Shown: one piece after another, positions 24,617-37,263 of the stretch
How positions within the stretch are numbered: the stretch's first letter is position 1
Layout of the letters: each line of letters begins with the position of its first letter
Assembly: GCF_009914755.1 (NCBI RefSeq)
Contig: NC_060926.1
Source: the human T2T-CHM13v2.0 reference genome, Homo sapiens
Direction: 5' to 3' (one strand)
Length of the DNA: 64,000 nt
Translations under genes and position numbers: made by a program
The notes under the pieces: generated by a model
What the model was told of the DNA's origin: nothing
The model's database searches: none
What the model saw: only the letters and a program-made list of their open reading frames with translations

Positions 24617-26064
24617 TGAGTATCCTTAGTTGTAATTTTGTTTATTGGTTTAGTTTTGTGCTGGTTGGCCTCCTGCCAGGAGGTGGCACTTTCAAAAGAG
24701 CATCATCTGTGGCAGTATCAGTGGGCAGGGCCCTAGAGCTCCCAAGAGAATTTGTCCTTTGTCTTTAGCTACCAGGGTGGATAGAGAAAGACCATCAGGT
24801 GAGGGCAGGGTTGGGTGTGTGTTAGCTCAGACTCTCCTTGAGTGGGGCTTGCTGTGGCTGCTATGGGGGTTAGGGGTGTGGTTCTCAGGCCAATGAAGTT
24901 ATATTCCTGGGGGATTATGGGCTACAGCATCCTATGCTATGTCATGCAGGTCACCAGCGAAGTGGGGGAAAGCTGGCAGGTACAGGCCTCACCAAGCTCC
25001 CATGCAGCCCAAAAGTCTGGTCTCACTCCCACTTGTGCCCACCCTCCCCAACAGCACTAAGTTTGTTTCCAGGCAGCAGATAAGCAGGGCTGTGAACTTG
25101 CCCCAGGCTACCAGCTTCCCAGCTGTGAAAGCAAGCAGGACTTTCAGGTTTTGTGCCTCCCTACCTGCTGTGGGGCTTCTGTGCTGTGTCTGCACTCTGG
25201 ATTCACCTCCCTTCCCTGAGTTTTGTCCAGGAAACTTCGTGTTAGGTGGAAATTGTTACAAAGTTCAGCTGGAAGTTTCCTTCTCCCTGTGGTCTTTTCC
25301 AAGTTCCTCTGGCAGCTCTCCTCAAGGACCCCTGTGAGACAAAGTCAGAAATGCCTTCCCTGGGGACTGAGAGAGCCTACAGGACTCTTCCCACTGCTTC
25401 TTCTACCCCTGTATTTTTCTTGGCTATCTAAATTTGTCTCAGCTCCAGTTAAGGTCAAATCCTTCTCCTGTGATCTGGACCTTCAGGTCCCCCCAGTGAA
25501 GGTGTGTGTTTGGGGATGGAGAATCCCTGTTTCACACTTTCACACTTTTGGCACTCACAGTTTTGGGGCTGTCTCCTGGGGCCCGCAGGAGCAATCTGCT
25601 TCCTTCAAAGGGTCTGTGGATTCTCTTGACTTTCCTGGTGTGTTCCTGCAGTAGTTCTTGGAGCAAAGTCTCATAATGTGAGTCTCCACACACTGCTCTG
25701 TCCAACTGAGTGGGAGCTGTAATTTAGTCCTTCCTCCTATCTGCCATTTTTCTCTGTCCACCTGCCCATTCCTATCTCTAATTACAACACTTATCATAGT
25801 TCTGGTCTGTCCAAATGTTTTCAATGATTTTCCATTACTTGATTTAAAAAAGTATAGATTTCTACTTGTAGTAGTCAAAGTTCTCTACCTATCTCTATCC
25901 AACTTATCTTTCCAGATTTATTATTAAACATATAACTTATGTGCTTCTGAAACAGGATTGCCTCTTTCCTAAATATTTTCAAGACTTTTAAAAAATCTAT
26001 ATTCTACATAATTACTCATTTATTTTTCCTGCTTTTGCATTTTATTATATTGAAAATAATTTCT

Positions 26065-26337
26065 GGTCGGGTATGGTGAGTGGCTCATGCCTGTAATCCC
26101 AACACTTAGGAAGGCTGACGGAGGATTGCTTGAGCCCAGGAGTTTGAGACCAGCCTCAGCAACAACCTTGTCTCTACAAATTTTTTTTTAAATTATCTAG
26201 GCATGATGCCATGCGCCTGGGTTCCCAGCTACTCAGGAAGCTGACGCAGGAGGATTTCTTGACCCCAGGAGGTCAAGGTTGCAGTGAACCATGTTGGTGC
26301 CACTGTACTCCAGCATGGGCAACAGAAAAGAAAAATA
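26065..26337 (+). mobile_element. AluJ SINE
   Basis: ggattgcttgagcccaggagtttgag, ggaggtcaaggttgcagtga; TSD gaaaataatttct / gaaaacaccttct. Confidence 0.9.
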
Positions 26338-26719
26338 GAAAACACCTTCTTTCTATACTCCATATTTGAATGACTTAATTTGTTCTAACCTGATTACATA
26401 TATGTTTTTTATTATCTATAATTATATATTATCTATATAATGTGTATATTATCTATAGTTAGTCTGGATACTTCCTGAGGTACTTGATGCTTATATGAGG
26501 CAGAATAGATGTCTATTAACCTGATTGGCTCCCTACTAAATTGTAACTTGTTCAAGGTGTCTTTTACTTGGTAATATTTCCCACAGATAAATATTTGTGT
26601 AATTGAATTGAGCTACATGAAATGGTCTAATTTTGACTACTTTGTCTCATTGTTAGAATGTGTCTTAAGGTCACAACAGTAGATTATTTAATGTAAAGAA
26701 TATTTACTTTAAAGAGTAT

Positions 26720-27365
26720 TTTTATAATAGTTTTAGGTTCAAAGCAAAATTGAGAGAAAGGTACAATGATTTCCCATATACCCACTACTCCAACACATGC
26801 ATAACCTTCCCCATTAACAACATCCCCCACCAAAGGGGTACATTTGTTACAACTGATGAATCTATGTTATCACATCCTAACTGCCCAAAGTCCATAGTTT
26901 ATGTTAGAGTTCACTCTTGGTGTTGTACATTGTATGGGTTTAGGCAAATGTATAGTGGCATGTAAACACCTTTACAGCACCATAGGGAATATTTTCACTG
27001 CCCTAAAAATCCTTTGTGCTCTTCCTATTCCTCCATCTCCCAATCCCCTACTCCTGTCAATCACTTGTTCTTTTATTGTCTCCACAGTTTTGCCCTTTCC
27101 AGAATGTCATATAGTTAAACAATATGTAGCCTTTTCGGATTGACTTCTTTCACTTAGTAATATGTATTTAAGATTCCTCCTTGTCTTTTCATGGCTTGAT
27201 AGTTCATTTCTTTTTTATCATTGAATAGTATTTTATTGTCTGGATATTTCACAGTTTACCCATTCGGCTACTGAAAAACATCTTGATTGCTTCCAAGTTT
27301 TGGTAATTATGAATAAAGCCACTGTAAACATACATGTGCAGATTTTTTGTGAAAATAAGTTTTTA
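26720..27365 (-). mobile_element. L1MC1/2-like 3' end
   Basis: gcaaaattgagagaaaggtaca, ggtacatttgttacaactgatgaa, cccaaagtccatagttta. Confidence 0.85.
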
Positions 27366-27430
27366 AAAATGTCTGGAAATCAGAAACAATCTTCAACAAC
27401 TCATCATTGGAAATCACCTTAATATATATT

Positions 27431-27720
27431 TGGTGACTCATGCCTGTAATCCCAGCACTTTGGGAGGCTGAGCCGGGTGCATCACAAGGTCAGGAGTTTG
27501 AGACCAGCCTGACCAACATGGCGAAACCCCATCTCGACTAAAAATACAGAAGTTAGCCAGGCGTGGTGGCACGTGCCTGTAATCCCAGCTACTCAGGAGG
27601 CTGAGACAGGAAAATGGCTTGAACCTGGGAGGCAGAGGTTGCAGTGAGCCAAGATAGCGCCACTGTACTACTCCAGCCTGGGCGACAGAGTGAGACTCCA
27701 TTTCAAAAAAAGAAGAAGAA
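27431..27720 (+). mobile_element. AluS (Sg/Sx-like) SINE, slightly 5'-truncated
   Basis: cctgtaatcccagcactttgggagg, atcacaaggtcaggagtttgagacc, A-rich tail. Confidence 0.92.
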
Positions 27721-27734
27721 TGTATAAAAATATA

Positions 27735-28415
27735 TTGGGCAGAAATCTGGTAGAGGCCATTTTAACCAAGTGATGAGAGTTATTAATATTCAGACAAATT
27801 CATAGAATCTGCCTCCTGATACAATGAACCAAAAGGGACACAACATCACTTCTATGACATGCCTGCCAATCAGTGAGATAATTACACTGTACCCCTAAAA
27901 AATATCAAGGTCCAGAAAGACAAAGACTGGGGAAATGTTCCATATTAAAGAACTAATGAAACATGACAAATAAATGCAAAAAAATCTGAAGTGGATCCTT
28001 GACCAGCAAACAGAATAGTAGAGGACATTATTGGAATAATTTAAAAACAAATATGGAGTATGGATTAGATATTATATTGTAAATATTCTGATTTTGATCA
28101 TTTTGCTATGGTTAACTAAGAAAATATCTAGTTTTGAAAAATATATATGGAAGTTCTTAGGAATTAAGAGCTACAGTATTTCCAACTTTTCTGAATGGAT
28201 TTAAAAAAAGCTATGTCCATGTGTGTGTGTATACTTTCATCCATCTAGCTATCTAGAGAGGGAAGGTGTATATGTTTATGCATCTGTTGGAGAGAGAGAA
28301 CACAAATAGGAGAACATCTAAACAATTAGTGAATGTGGGGGAAGTGTATATGGAAGTTCCTTATATTCTTGAAATTTTGCTATGAATTTGAAATTACATT
28401 AAAATAAAAATTTAT
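27735..28415 (+). mobile_element. L1MD/ME 3' end
   Basis: taaccaagtgat, gacacaacatcacttct, acatgacaaataaatgc, ggacattattgg. Confidence 0.7.
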
Positions 28416-29899
28416 GAAAAATGATTTGTGGTATACAGAGTGATGTGATTAAATTATATCCCATCTAACCAAAGCTCCCTTGATCCCTAAAGACTTTTGC
28501 ATATTCCATATTAAGACTAGATGGAATTTATTGTTATTTTTCTCTTTTGGGAATTTACATTGACTTGACTTCCTGAGTAGAGAACTGGCAAAATTGTGCT
28601 TGTCATCTATTAAATGGGATTGTATAGAAAATTGCTAAGAGTGAAATAATAACCAGTTTTAGAGGCATGACTTATCTGATATTTTCTCAATTTTAATCTT
28701 AAAATTCAATTCAAAACATTCTCCTGTGCAAAGTTATTAAAAATTAAGCTTAATTGAAAAAGAAAAACTCAAGTTATACTCATTTTCATGTAAATAATTT
28801 GTTCAGATTTTACATTTATTTCCTAAAAGGCATTACCTTGGTTAGTTTCTCATTTCCTCTACCGTTCTTTTATTTCTTCCAACATCAAAAACCAATCTGA
28901 ATGCATGGTGCTTATCAGTAAGCAGTTGAAGAAGTGATTTGCTCTTTTTGAGGAGTAACATAACAGAATTTATTATTTTTTCTCAAATTGTTGTTAGTTC
29001 ACATTTTATCTCATATTACTGTTACTCGAATGTATGCTTTATCTTTACTTATTCATATTTTCATTTTCTAATGCCTTGCACATATACAGGTCTTAATGTT
29101 TCCCAAACTGAAGCATGCATGAATAAATAAATGAATAAAAAATTTGTATTTTTTTCTAGGTCAGCTTAAATCATCACAATTGAAAGTTAAATTCAAAACA
29201 AAGTGTAATTATATTTGAATTTGTTAAAATGATTATTTCTGAATATCCTACAGTGCCTTAAAATGGATTTAAAAGTGACTATGAGGATTAGCTATATGGA
29301 CATGGCATATAGGAAGGAAATGTAAAATGCTATATAGTGACTCTCAGCACAGACAGAGTTAAATGCAGTTTCATAGTGTTGGGCCAAACAAGTAAAATAG
29401 AAAGGTGGAAATTGGTTATGAAATCTAGGACACCCATGTAGCTTGGGATTTATGATAACTTACGGAAATTAGTTAAGAGAAAAAATAAAATGTTTGAAAC
29501 TAGAGGAGCCTGAAGGTACTCTTGGTGTATACTGTGGCAGTTGAACCATGGCTCTACCTTTAATGGTAGGTGCTTGGATGAAAAAAATATTTTTTTCCGT
29601 TTTTAAAAAATACGCTTTTTATCTATCAATTTTATATATCATTATTTGATAATTTTGTGATATTATACTATTTCCAACAGTTATTTATTTGAAAATACCC
29701 TGTTAAATATTACAATGTGTGTTAACTGTACACTCTTTTAAAACTGATTTAACTCAAATTAAATATGCAATGATGACCTCACTCCTAGGAATGATATGAC
29801 CCTGGGTGGCATTCGGTTTGTCAGGTATTTCTAATCAAAAAATGGTTTTGCTTTTTGAAATATTGCTCTTCAGGACACAAAGATAGTGGAGAGAGCTCT

Positions 29900-30400
29900 G
29901 GGTGACTGAGGACTGAGCTCATTGCCACCTTCACCATTTCATGGAAACCTGCTTTCCCTTCCTCTGCCCCCTAATCACTGGCACCACCATCCACCAAAGG
30001 CAGGACTCCTAAGTCAGCTTGCATTTATTTCTCCTTTGTACTCACATCTATCACCCTATTGATCCCTACACACTGCTTTATTATATGTTCTCTACATATC
30101 TGGGAGTGCTGCTCTCCTTGTCTTAACCTCGACTGCTGATTTTTATTGTGGCTTCCTCATATTTCAACTAAATTATAGCAATAGCTCCCTAAGAGGTCCC
30201 TGCTTCAAGTTCTAATGAGTCCATCCTCTATGATACTGTGGGAGAAAGAGAGATTTTTCTAAACTGCAGTCTGCACCTGTCACTCAATTCTTAAATTCCT
30301 TTAGTTGGTTCTACATCATTTTGACAATTAAAGCCAGACAACTGATATGACATACAAAACCTTAGTCATTTTGGTATGACTTTACTTAAAACTATATTTT
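29900..30400 (+). mobile_element. L2 fragment
   Basis: ggcaccaccatccacc, tttttctaaactgc...tgtcactc. Confidence 0.55.
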
Positions 30401-30640
30401 ATTTTATTTTTTTCTGTTCCAGCATTACTTCTCATTCTTCATTCTATCTCTCTCAGATAGGCATCCTTCATAATTGCAATAATATTGATGTTGCTGTCAA
30501 TCACAATGTTCTTTTTTTTCTTAGCCAAGCCATGAACACATGACGTAAGACAGATCAACCAGAGACTTCCCTAGAATCTGAATTTTAGGTGGCTATGTTA
30601 AACAATTAGCATGTCTGTGCATTAATCATGTCTCTTTGCA

Positions 30641-31652
30641 TTGAGCATGCTTTTATTCTTAATGAAATCTCTCATCTCCACGCTTCAATGCAAATATTAC
30701 CTTTTTGGAAGCTTTTTAAACTCCACCATTCTGAGATAGAGACGTTTCATTTTTACTTTTATGCACTTAAATCTCTGCAATTATATTTTTGCCTATATGC
30801 ACATATTCTCCTGTAAAAATGTTAGCTGCTTGAAAGCAGGTGGTAATAGAAATACAAAGGAATTGAAGAAAGAACATGAACTCAGTGGCAAATTAGATAA
30901 ATTAGAAGAAAACAAAGAAAAGGATGTAGAAAAATACAGTGTGCTAAAGGATTCTAGTAAATGCAGCAAACCATAGCCATTGTCTTCCACAATAGGGAGG
31001 TACTTTTGGAGAAAGCATGTCTGGTAGTCATTAATATTGTTTATCAACTATCTCTAGGTTGTTCCCCGCCAGGCATGTGAAAGGACTGTATTTCCTAGGC
31101 ATCAAGTAATTTTGGCCAAACTGTTTTGAACAGAACTTTTTTATGATGCTTCTAGGCCGGAGCATGTAATTGCTGGAGTGGGATCCTTCATGGATTTTTC
31201 TTATCCTGGCATTGACAATGATAGAAGAGGAGGCCCCTCCTTCTACCTGGGTAACTGTGATTAACAGACACAGAATGGACGTGTGCTGAGAAAGAAATCG
31301 TTGCTATGTTAAGGTGAGATTTTGGAGTTCTTTGTTAGCACAGCATACTCTACCCTATCCTGGTTTTGCCTGACTAAAACCAAGTGAATAGAAACAGGAT
31401 AGCCAATTTGAACATACCTTTACTCTTAGTGAAATAATCTCTCATCTCTGCACTTCAAAACAAATATTACCTTTTTGGAACCTTTCTAAACTCTTCCATT
31501 CTGAGATAGAGACATTCCATTTGTACTTTCATACACTTAAATCTCTGTATTACATCTTTGATTATATGCCTGTATTCTCCTGTTTGCAATTATATTATTC
31601 AAACCACTAGCACTAAAGCGCTTGATCAGAAATACAAAAGAACTAAGAAGAA
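30641..31652 (+). repeat. Diverged direct duplication of about 230 bp (copy A 30641-30870, copy B 31408-31652)
   Basis: Shared blocks caaatattacctttttggaa, ccattctgagatagagac, cacttaaatctctg, tattctcctgt, agaaatacaaa. Confidence 0.9.
31030..31380 (+). mobile_element. Old MaLR LTR (MLT1I/J-like) between the duplicate copies
   Basis: gagattttggagttctttgttagcacagcatactctaccctatcctg end motif. Confidence 0.6.
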
Positions 31653-32699
31653 TAAATAAAATCACCAACTTTAAGCTAGAAATCTTTATTAGTAGTAAAA
31701 ATCAATAAATCTGATATTAATTGTATCTGTGTTTGATATATTCCAAGCATCATTAGTTATTCTATGCCCCATTGAGATGCTGCTTCTTTAGCCTCTGGCT
31801 GCAGAAAACTCCACAGACATTCACAGCCCTTAGGCTGTCCTGTCTATTGTAAAGAGGAGTCATTTCATGCACAGATTGTGTGTACAAAGGGAATCATACG
31901 TTGTTTTGGGGGACAAGGCAAAAGGAGGATGACAGCAAAAGAACACGAGAAAAAGAAAATGTGTGATTTTGTTCACATTCTTCCCAACCATATGCATATA
32001 TATATAGATAGATATATACCCACCAAAATGTTGGGGATAAATCAGGGAAATTAATCTACACTGTGGCATTTCGCTCATCAACAAAACAGTAAGAAAGGTG
32101 TTTTTTGACAGGAGTTTGTAAAATACAGTTCTGATCCATCCTCTAATGATATCACATGAGAAGCTTCACAAAGCTCTCATAAGAGGCCTTCCTTGTTAAA
32201 GGGGGTTGGCAAAGTGCTACTAATTATATGTGTGGTACACAAAGCAGTGTAGACATTGAATTAATGCTTGAACAAACGCAATGTCTGAAAAATTAATGTC
32301 TCAAAGCAGAATTGTCCAGCATTAAGTAGTTCAGAATACAACAGATAAATGTAGATAAATGCAGCAATTATGTAATGTACTGATTTTCTCAAATTCTTTG
32401 TATTTCTAGATAAGCACAACAAAGCCACCTGATTACAGTGAACAGATTACTAGGAAGTCGAAGACTGTTTCTGCATCTGGGGGCTGTAATTAGATCTCCT
32501 GGTTTATTTCCAACCAGGCAATTTTATGCTAGTGGTTTGAATAATGCAGTTGCAAAATTAAAGTATCACTAAAAGAAAATGAAATATTTTAATATTGATA
32601 TACATTCATTTTAATAAACACTGTGACAGAAACATTATACATCATCAATATTGCTGATTGATTTAGAACCTTAATCCCATCCTAGTCAGCTGGTAATAT

Positions 32700-32718
32700 C
32701 TACCACCAGAGGGCAGAG
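32700..32718 (+). promoter_or_regulatory. Candidate CTCF binding site
   Basis: CCACCAGAGGGCAG at 32703-32716 fits the CCASYAGRKGGCRS core. Confidence 0.7.
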
Positions 32719-34473
32719 AGTGAATGCTAATGATGTAATGTGTGTTATCCCATCCAGGGTAATCCTATTCTAGTGGCATTCTCTAAGTAAATCTCAGAGT
32801 ATTATCATTAAGAGGGTTCTCTTGTCACAGACACAACCACCACAATCTCATTTTCTCTCCTAAACTATTCGGCTCAGATCGCTTAATTTTTCCACCCATA
32901 TCCTTTCAAGATAACAGAAATACTTCTGCATTAATCCTTGTCCTTAGTCTTTCAGTCAAGAACAGTGAAGATAAAAAATATGCACAAATAAAATACTATT
33001 TGTTGGTTCTGTATATAGGAAGAATGAAAGGGAATATTTTTGTAATTGCAGTATGCTCTATTGAATTTGGAGTATAGATTAATAGATTTTTCAGTAAATT
33101 TATTGTTATAACCAGTAAGCATTTTCATTCTATTTGGAGAAAAACTAATTTCACCCAAAATTTTTGAATCCAGGTTCCAATCAGTTCTAAACACGTTTGA
33201 TGGCATGAAATTTCAATTTATTATATGACAAAACAAAAATATGTATATGCATCTTGTAAATGAGTTACATATATAAAAACTCCATCAATGACTCTTCCAT
33301 TTTAAAATAGGAATTATGTGTCTTAGTGCTAAAAACTTAAATGAGTTTTCTCAAACTATTTTATTTATTATTGACTATGATCATCATATAGAATACCAGT
33401 GTAAATTGGATACTTCATAAATAGTGATTTACAGTTCATCGTATGCTGGAACTCAAGAACATTTTTCATAAGTTGGCTTTATTGTTTTCTGGACAAGGAT
33501 TGTTCTTGCTTAGCATGACCTTGGTTCAGGTGATGAATTCTATTATAGAGCCAAAGAAGTTTATGTTTTTTTATCTCCTTTTCATCATTGTTTGGCTCTA
33601 CGAAGATTAGATAATGCATGCTCTCTGGAAGATGTTGAATGCACATGAAATCATTATGTGAACACACTGCCAGTCTTAAAGCTGAAAATTATTTTGAATA
33701 GTGGATTTCAGAGCTGATCAACTTGGCTTGGTCTCCTTTTTCAACCTTAAAAGTTAGCATTTAGTGAATGAATGTCACTAACTAATGTAAAGGTAAATGC
33801 CAACCAGATTGTGTTGTCTCTCAAGGATGGCCCATCTCATATATCCTCACATATAGAATACAAGTGCAGTGTTAGGGAAGAATTCAATTTTTCTGTGCTG
33901 CTATTTTACAGAATTTATTTTATTAGAGATCCAGTCCACTATTCTTCCTGCCAATTTTCCTATAAAGTCTGATGAGATCACCTAACTAAAAATTATTAGA
34001 AGCACTAAATTTGCTTTGAAAATAATAGTCACACAGAATTATTACTCTACTTAATCTTTGAATATAATGCTCTTATTCTTTTGTGTTCTAATAAACTTGG
34101 AAAATGATTATTCTTACAAGTTAACAAAATACTTAAAAGCTTACTAAGCATCTACAACATTCTAAGAACTATGTCAAGCCCTTCAGTTTTATTTTATTAT
34201 TTGTCCTATGTTACTGATGGGGAAATTGAGAACTAGAAAAATACCTTTGCCTTCTGCCAGATCTTCTGATTGGAAGTGTTAAGTGCCCATGCCAGTTTCA
34301 TTTTGTTAGATGAAGCAGATCTCATGGCCCAACCTGTCATCACTAGAATAGGAAGTCTTTCCAGAACCATCTCATCAGGGAGATGCAACAAATGTTTTGA
34401 TATAAAAACATCTATGACCAATGCAATCATGTATCAGCAAATGTAATTAGAGGTGATAGGAAAGGGCACACTA

Positions 34474-34492
34474 TACTGCCTCCTGGTGGTTG
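34474..34492 (-). promoter_or_regulatory. Candidate CTCF binding site
   Basis: Reverse complement reads CAACCACCAGGAGGCAGTA; core at 34476-34489 has one mismatch to the consensus. Confidence 0.55.
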
Positions 34493-34801
34493 TGAAACTT
34501 TCAGAGAGAAAGCTATGCATAAATTAAAAAGGACCTTTCAGGAAATGTAAACAGATAAAGACATGATACGAAAATGCCAGCTGTATTTGGGGAAGAATAA
34601 GCAGATCAGTTTGAGCGTAGACTTGTCTCTGAGGTAGTGATAGGAAATGTGGCGAAAAGTACATTTTGTGCCATGCTAAGAAGTTTTTACTCCATCCTTT
34701 AGGCAGTGTGTGTGTATGTGTGTGTGTCAGCAGGGGAGGTAAAAGAATCAGGAGTCTTAAAACTCCACAGCAATGAGAAGGTTTGAACTGGGTTCAAGAT
34801 T

Positions 34802-35107
<306 letters not shown>

Positions 35108-36599
35108 TCTGGCAGCAGTGGGTGGGGGTGAGGGAGGGCTTGGGGGTAAGGGTAGAAAGAGAAGGGAGTAGGCAACATCTACGGCAATCAATCCTCTTGG
35201 TGTCCATTGCACAGTCCAGGCAATGGCTTTACCAAGATGTGGAGGGTAGAGGGATAGACAATACTCAAGGGAGTTTTAGGCTCAAATAAGTACATGTTAA
35301 TACGGTAATTCTTCCTTCAAATAGAAATACCTTAAATACAAACTGAAGTTTTGCAAAGCAAAATGAAGATGTTTTTTAAACAGTGTGCTTATTGAAAGTA
35401 ACAACTTGGGCATAGTATTTTTCTTCTGACATGCATTACAAAAGGGACTCACACAGGTCGATTTTATAGGCAAAAGCTGGACAATGAAATACTGACTTGG
35501 CTTATATAAATAGTTTGAACTGAACTTAACCTTATGAGAAGAACAGGGGCAAAGATTATAGGTGATTGTAATTTTTGTAAGTAGTTAAAATGAAAAGATT
35601 TTTGAAGGCTTTTTCAAGTAAGGAAATTGTACAAGATAAAACAAGAAACAAAATCCCATTTCCTCAGAAATACGCTAACTATTATGCAATATCTAAAAGA
35701 AAAATATAAGCGTTGATGCTTTTCTCTCAAGTTGTCTTGTTTGTGGGTAATATTTTTCTTTTCCTGTGAAAATCTGGAAACCCAAGTTGTTTGTACTACT
35801 CACATACAAAAAACCTTCCACTTATATCTTTAAGGAGTAAATGTGTTTTATCCTTTCTTTTCTTGTCCCTGTGGTTTATTTCCAATATTCTTTATTTTTA
35901 AGAAATGCTTGAAGTGCTTCGTCTGGTACTTGATTTAGTTTCTGGTGAACTTGCATAGAGTATTATGATCTATTCAAGTGTATATTATCTATTCAATTCA
36001 CACAATGGAATTGGAATAACTCAGTAGTCACTTGCATGCATATATTTAACTAGAAGTTCCAAATTTCCTATATTTAAATCTTAGGAGAATCATTTCGTAT
36101 GATTAAAATACATTGTTTAAAAGCACCTTTTAAAATCTCAAAAATGACTCAGTTCCAAATTCTCTAACTTGTACCTTTCTATTTGAAGCTACATTTTTCT
36201 ATTTAGGATCTCATGCTGTTTCCAAATCAATACAAGTTTCTGGCAAAAATACACTCTGCCATCAAAATAAGAAGTGTATGTTTTACTTTTTCTTTGTAAA
36301 ATTTGGTATAATATCAGTAGCATGTTATAGAAGTGAGTAAGGTTTACTTGATGTGACTAGTTATTGAATTTGAAATGTTTACATTGGTATAAAATTTGAG
36401 TATTTGAAACCTTCGTTAAAAATTAAACAATTTTGACTCAAAGATACATTACTGAAAGCTCAAAATTTTGTTTATACCTTATTTATGTGTATTTTACTTA
36501 TTGTAATAATAGAATGGTTTAGCTTATTTTTTCTGGAGACTAATACTGGGAGTCTATGGCCAAGTTTCTGATAAGAGAGATGATTTGGAAGATGTATAA

Positions 36600-36835
36600 T
36601 CAACAGTGATATGAACGTGTGCTATCTGTTAGGGGTGTCATCTATGTCAGGCACTATAGGAGGCATGTGTGGTTTTCTTTTATTTAATACTCTCAACAGC
36701 CTGGCAAAGTAGACATTGTCATCCCCATTTTATTGATGTGTAAACTAAAATTGTAAAGGAGTCACAAATAATTTCAAGTTCACTCAGCTAGTAAATAACA
36801 GAACAAGGAATCAAACCCAGATATTACTCTTCAAT
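36600..36835 (-). mobile_element. MIR SINE
   Basis: tgtcaggcact...tttaatactctcaacagcc...atccccattttattgatg. Confidence 0.7.
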
Positions 36836-37263
36836 ATGAAAGGTAGTATGAAAAAACTACCTATTCTGTTCTACTATGGGTTGAAAGGAGGCATTAGAGG
36901 ATCGGGCTAATACACACTGTGGAAATGGGGTGTCCATATAAAGCTGCAGTTTTCTTCAGAGAAGTTGCCCAGTACCCTTTTTCTGGGTGGATACTCTATA
37001 TAAGGATAGTGAAGCTGGAAACTGAGGAAAGAGGCAACAGCAAAGGGGAATCTCTGATCAAATGCTTCCTTATTGAACATATAGTCCCACTTAGAAGAAC
37101 TACCGTAGCCCAATCAAGACTTAAACTGCAAGGATTCCCTTACTAATATTTTGGCATATCTAGAAAATGTACCCACAAATGATGGGAACTAACAAGATTA
37201 CAGTTTAAAACCGAGGAATAAGCCCTAGACTCTGGTAAAATGATGAATTAGATGATTTTTTTT

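Noticed and set aside
24842-25878. Cluster of overlapping 60-143 aa ORFs
   Set aside because: They lie in the GC-richer L1PB 5'UTR, where stop codons are rarer; no recognisable protein.
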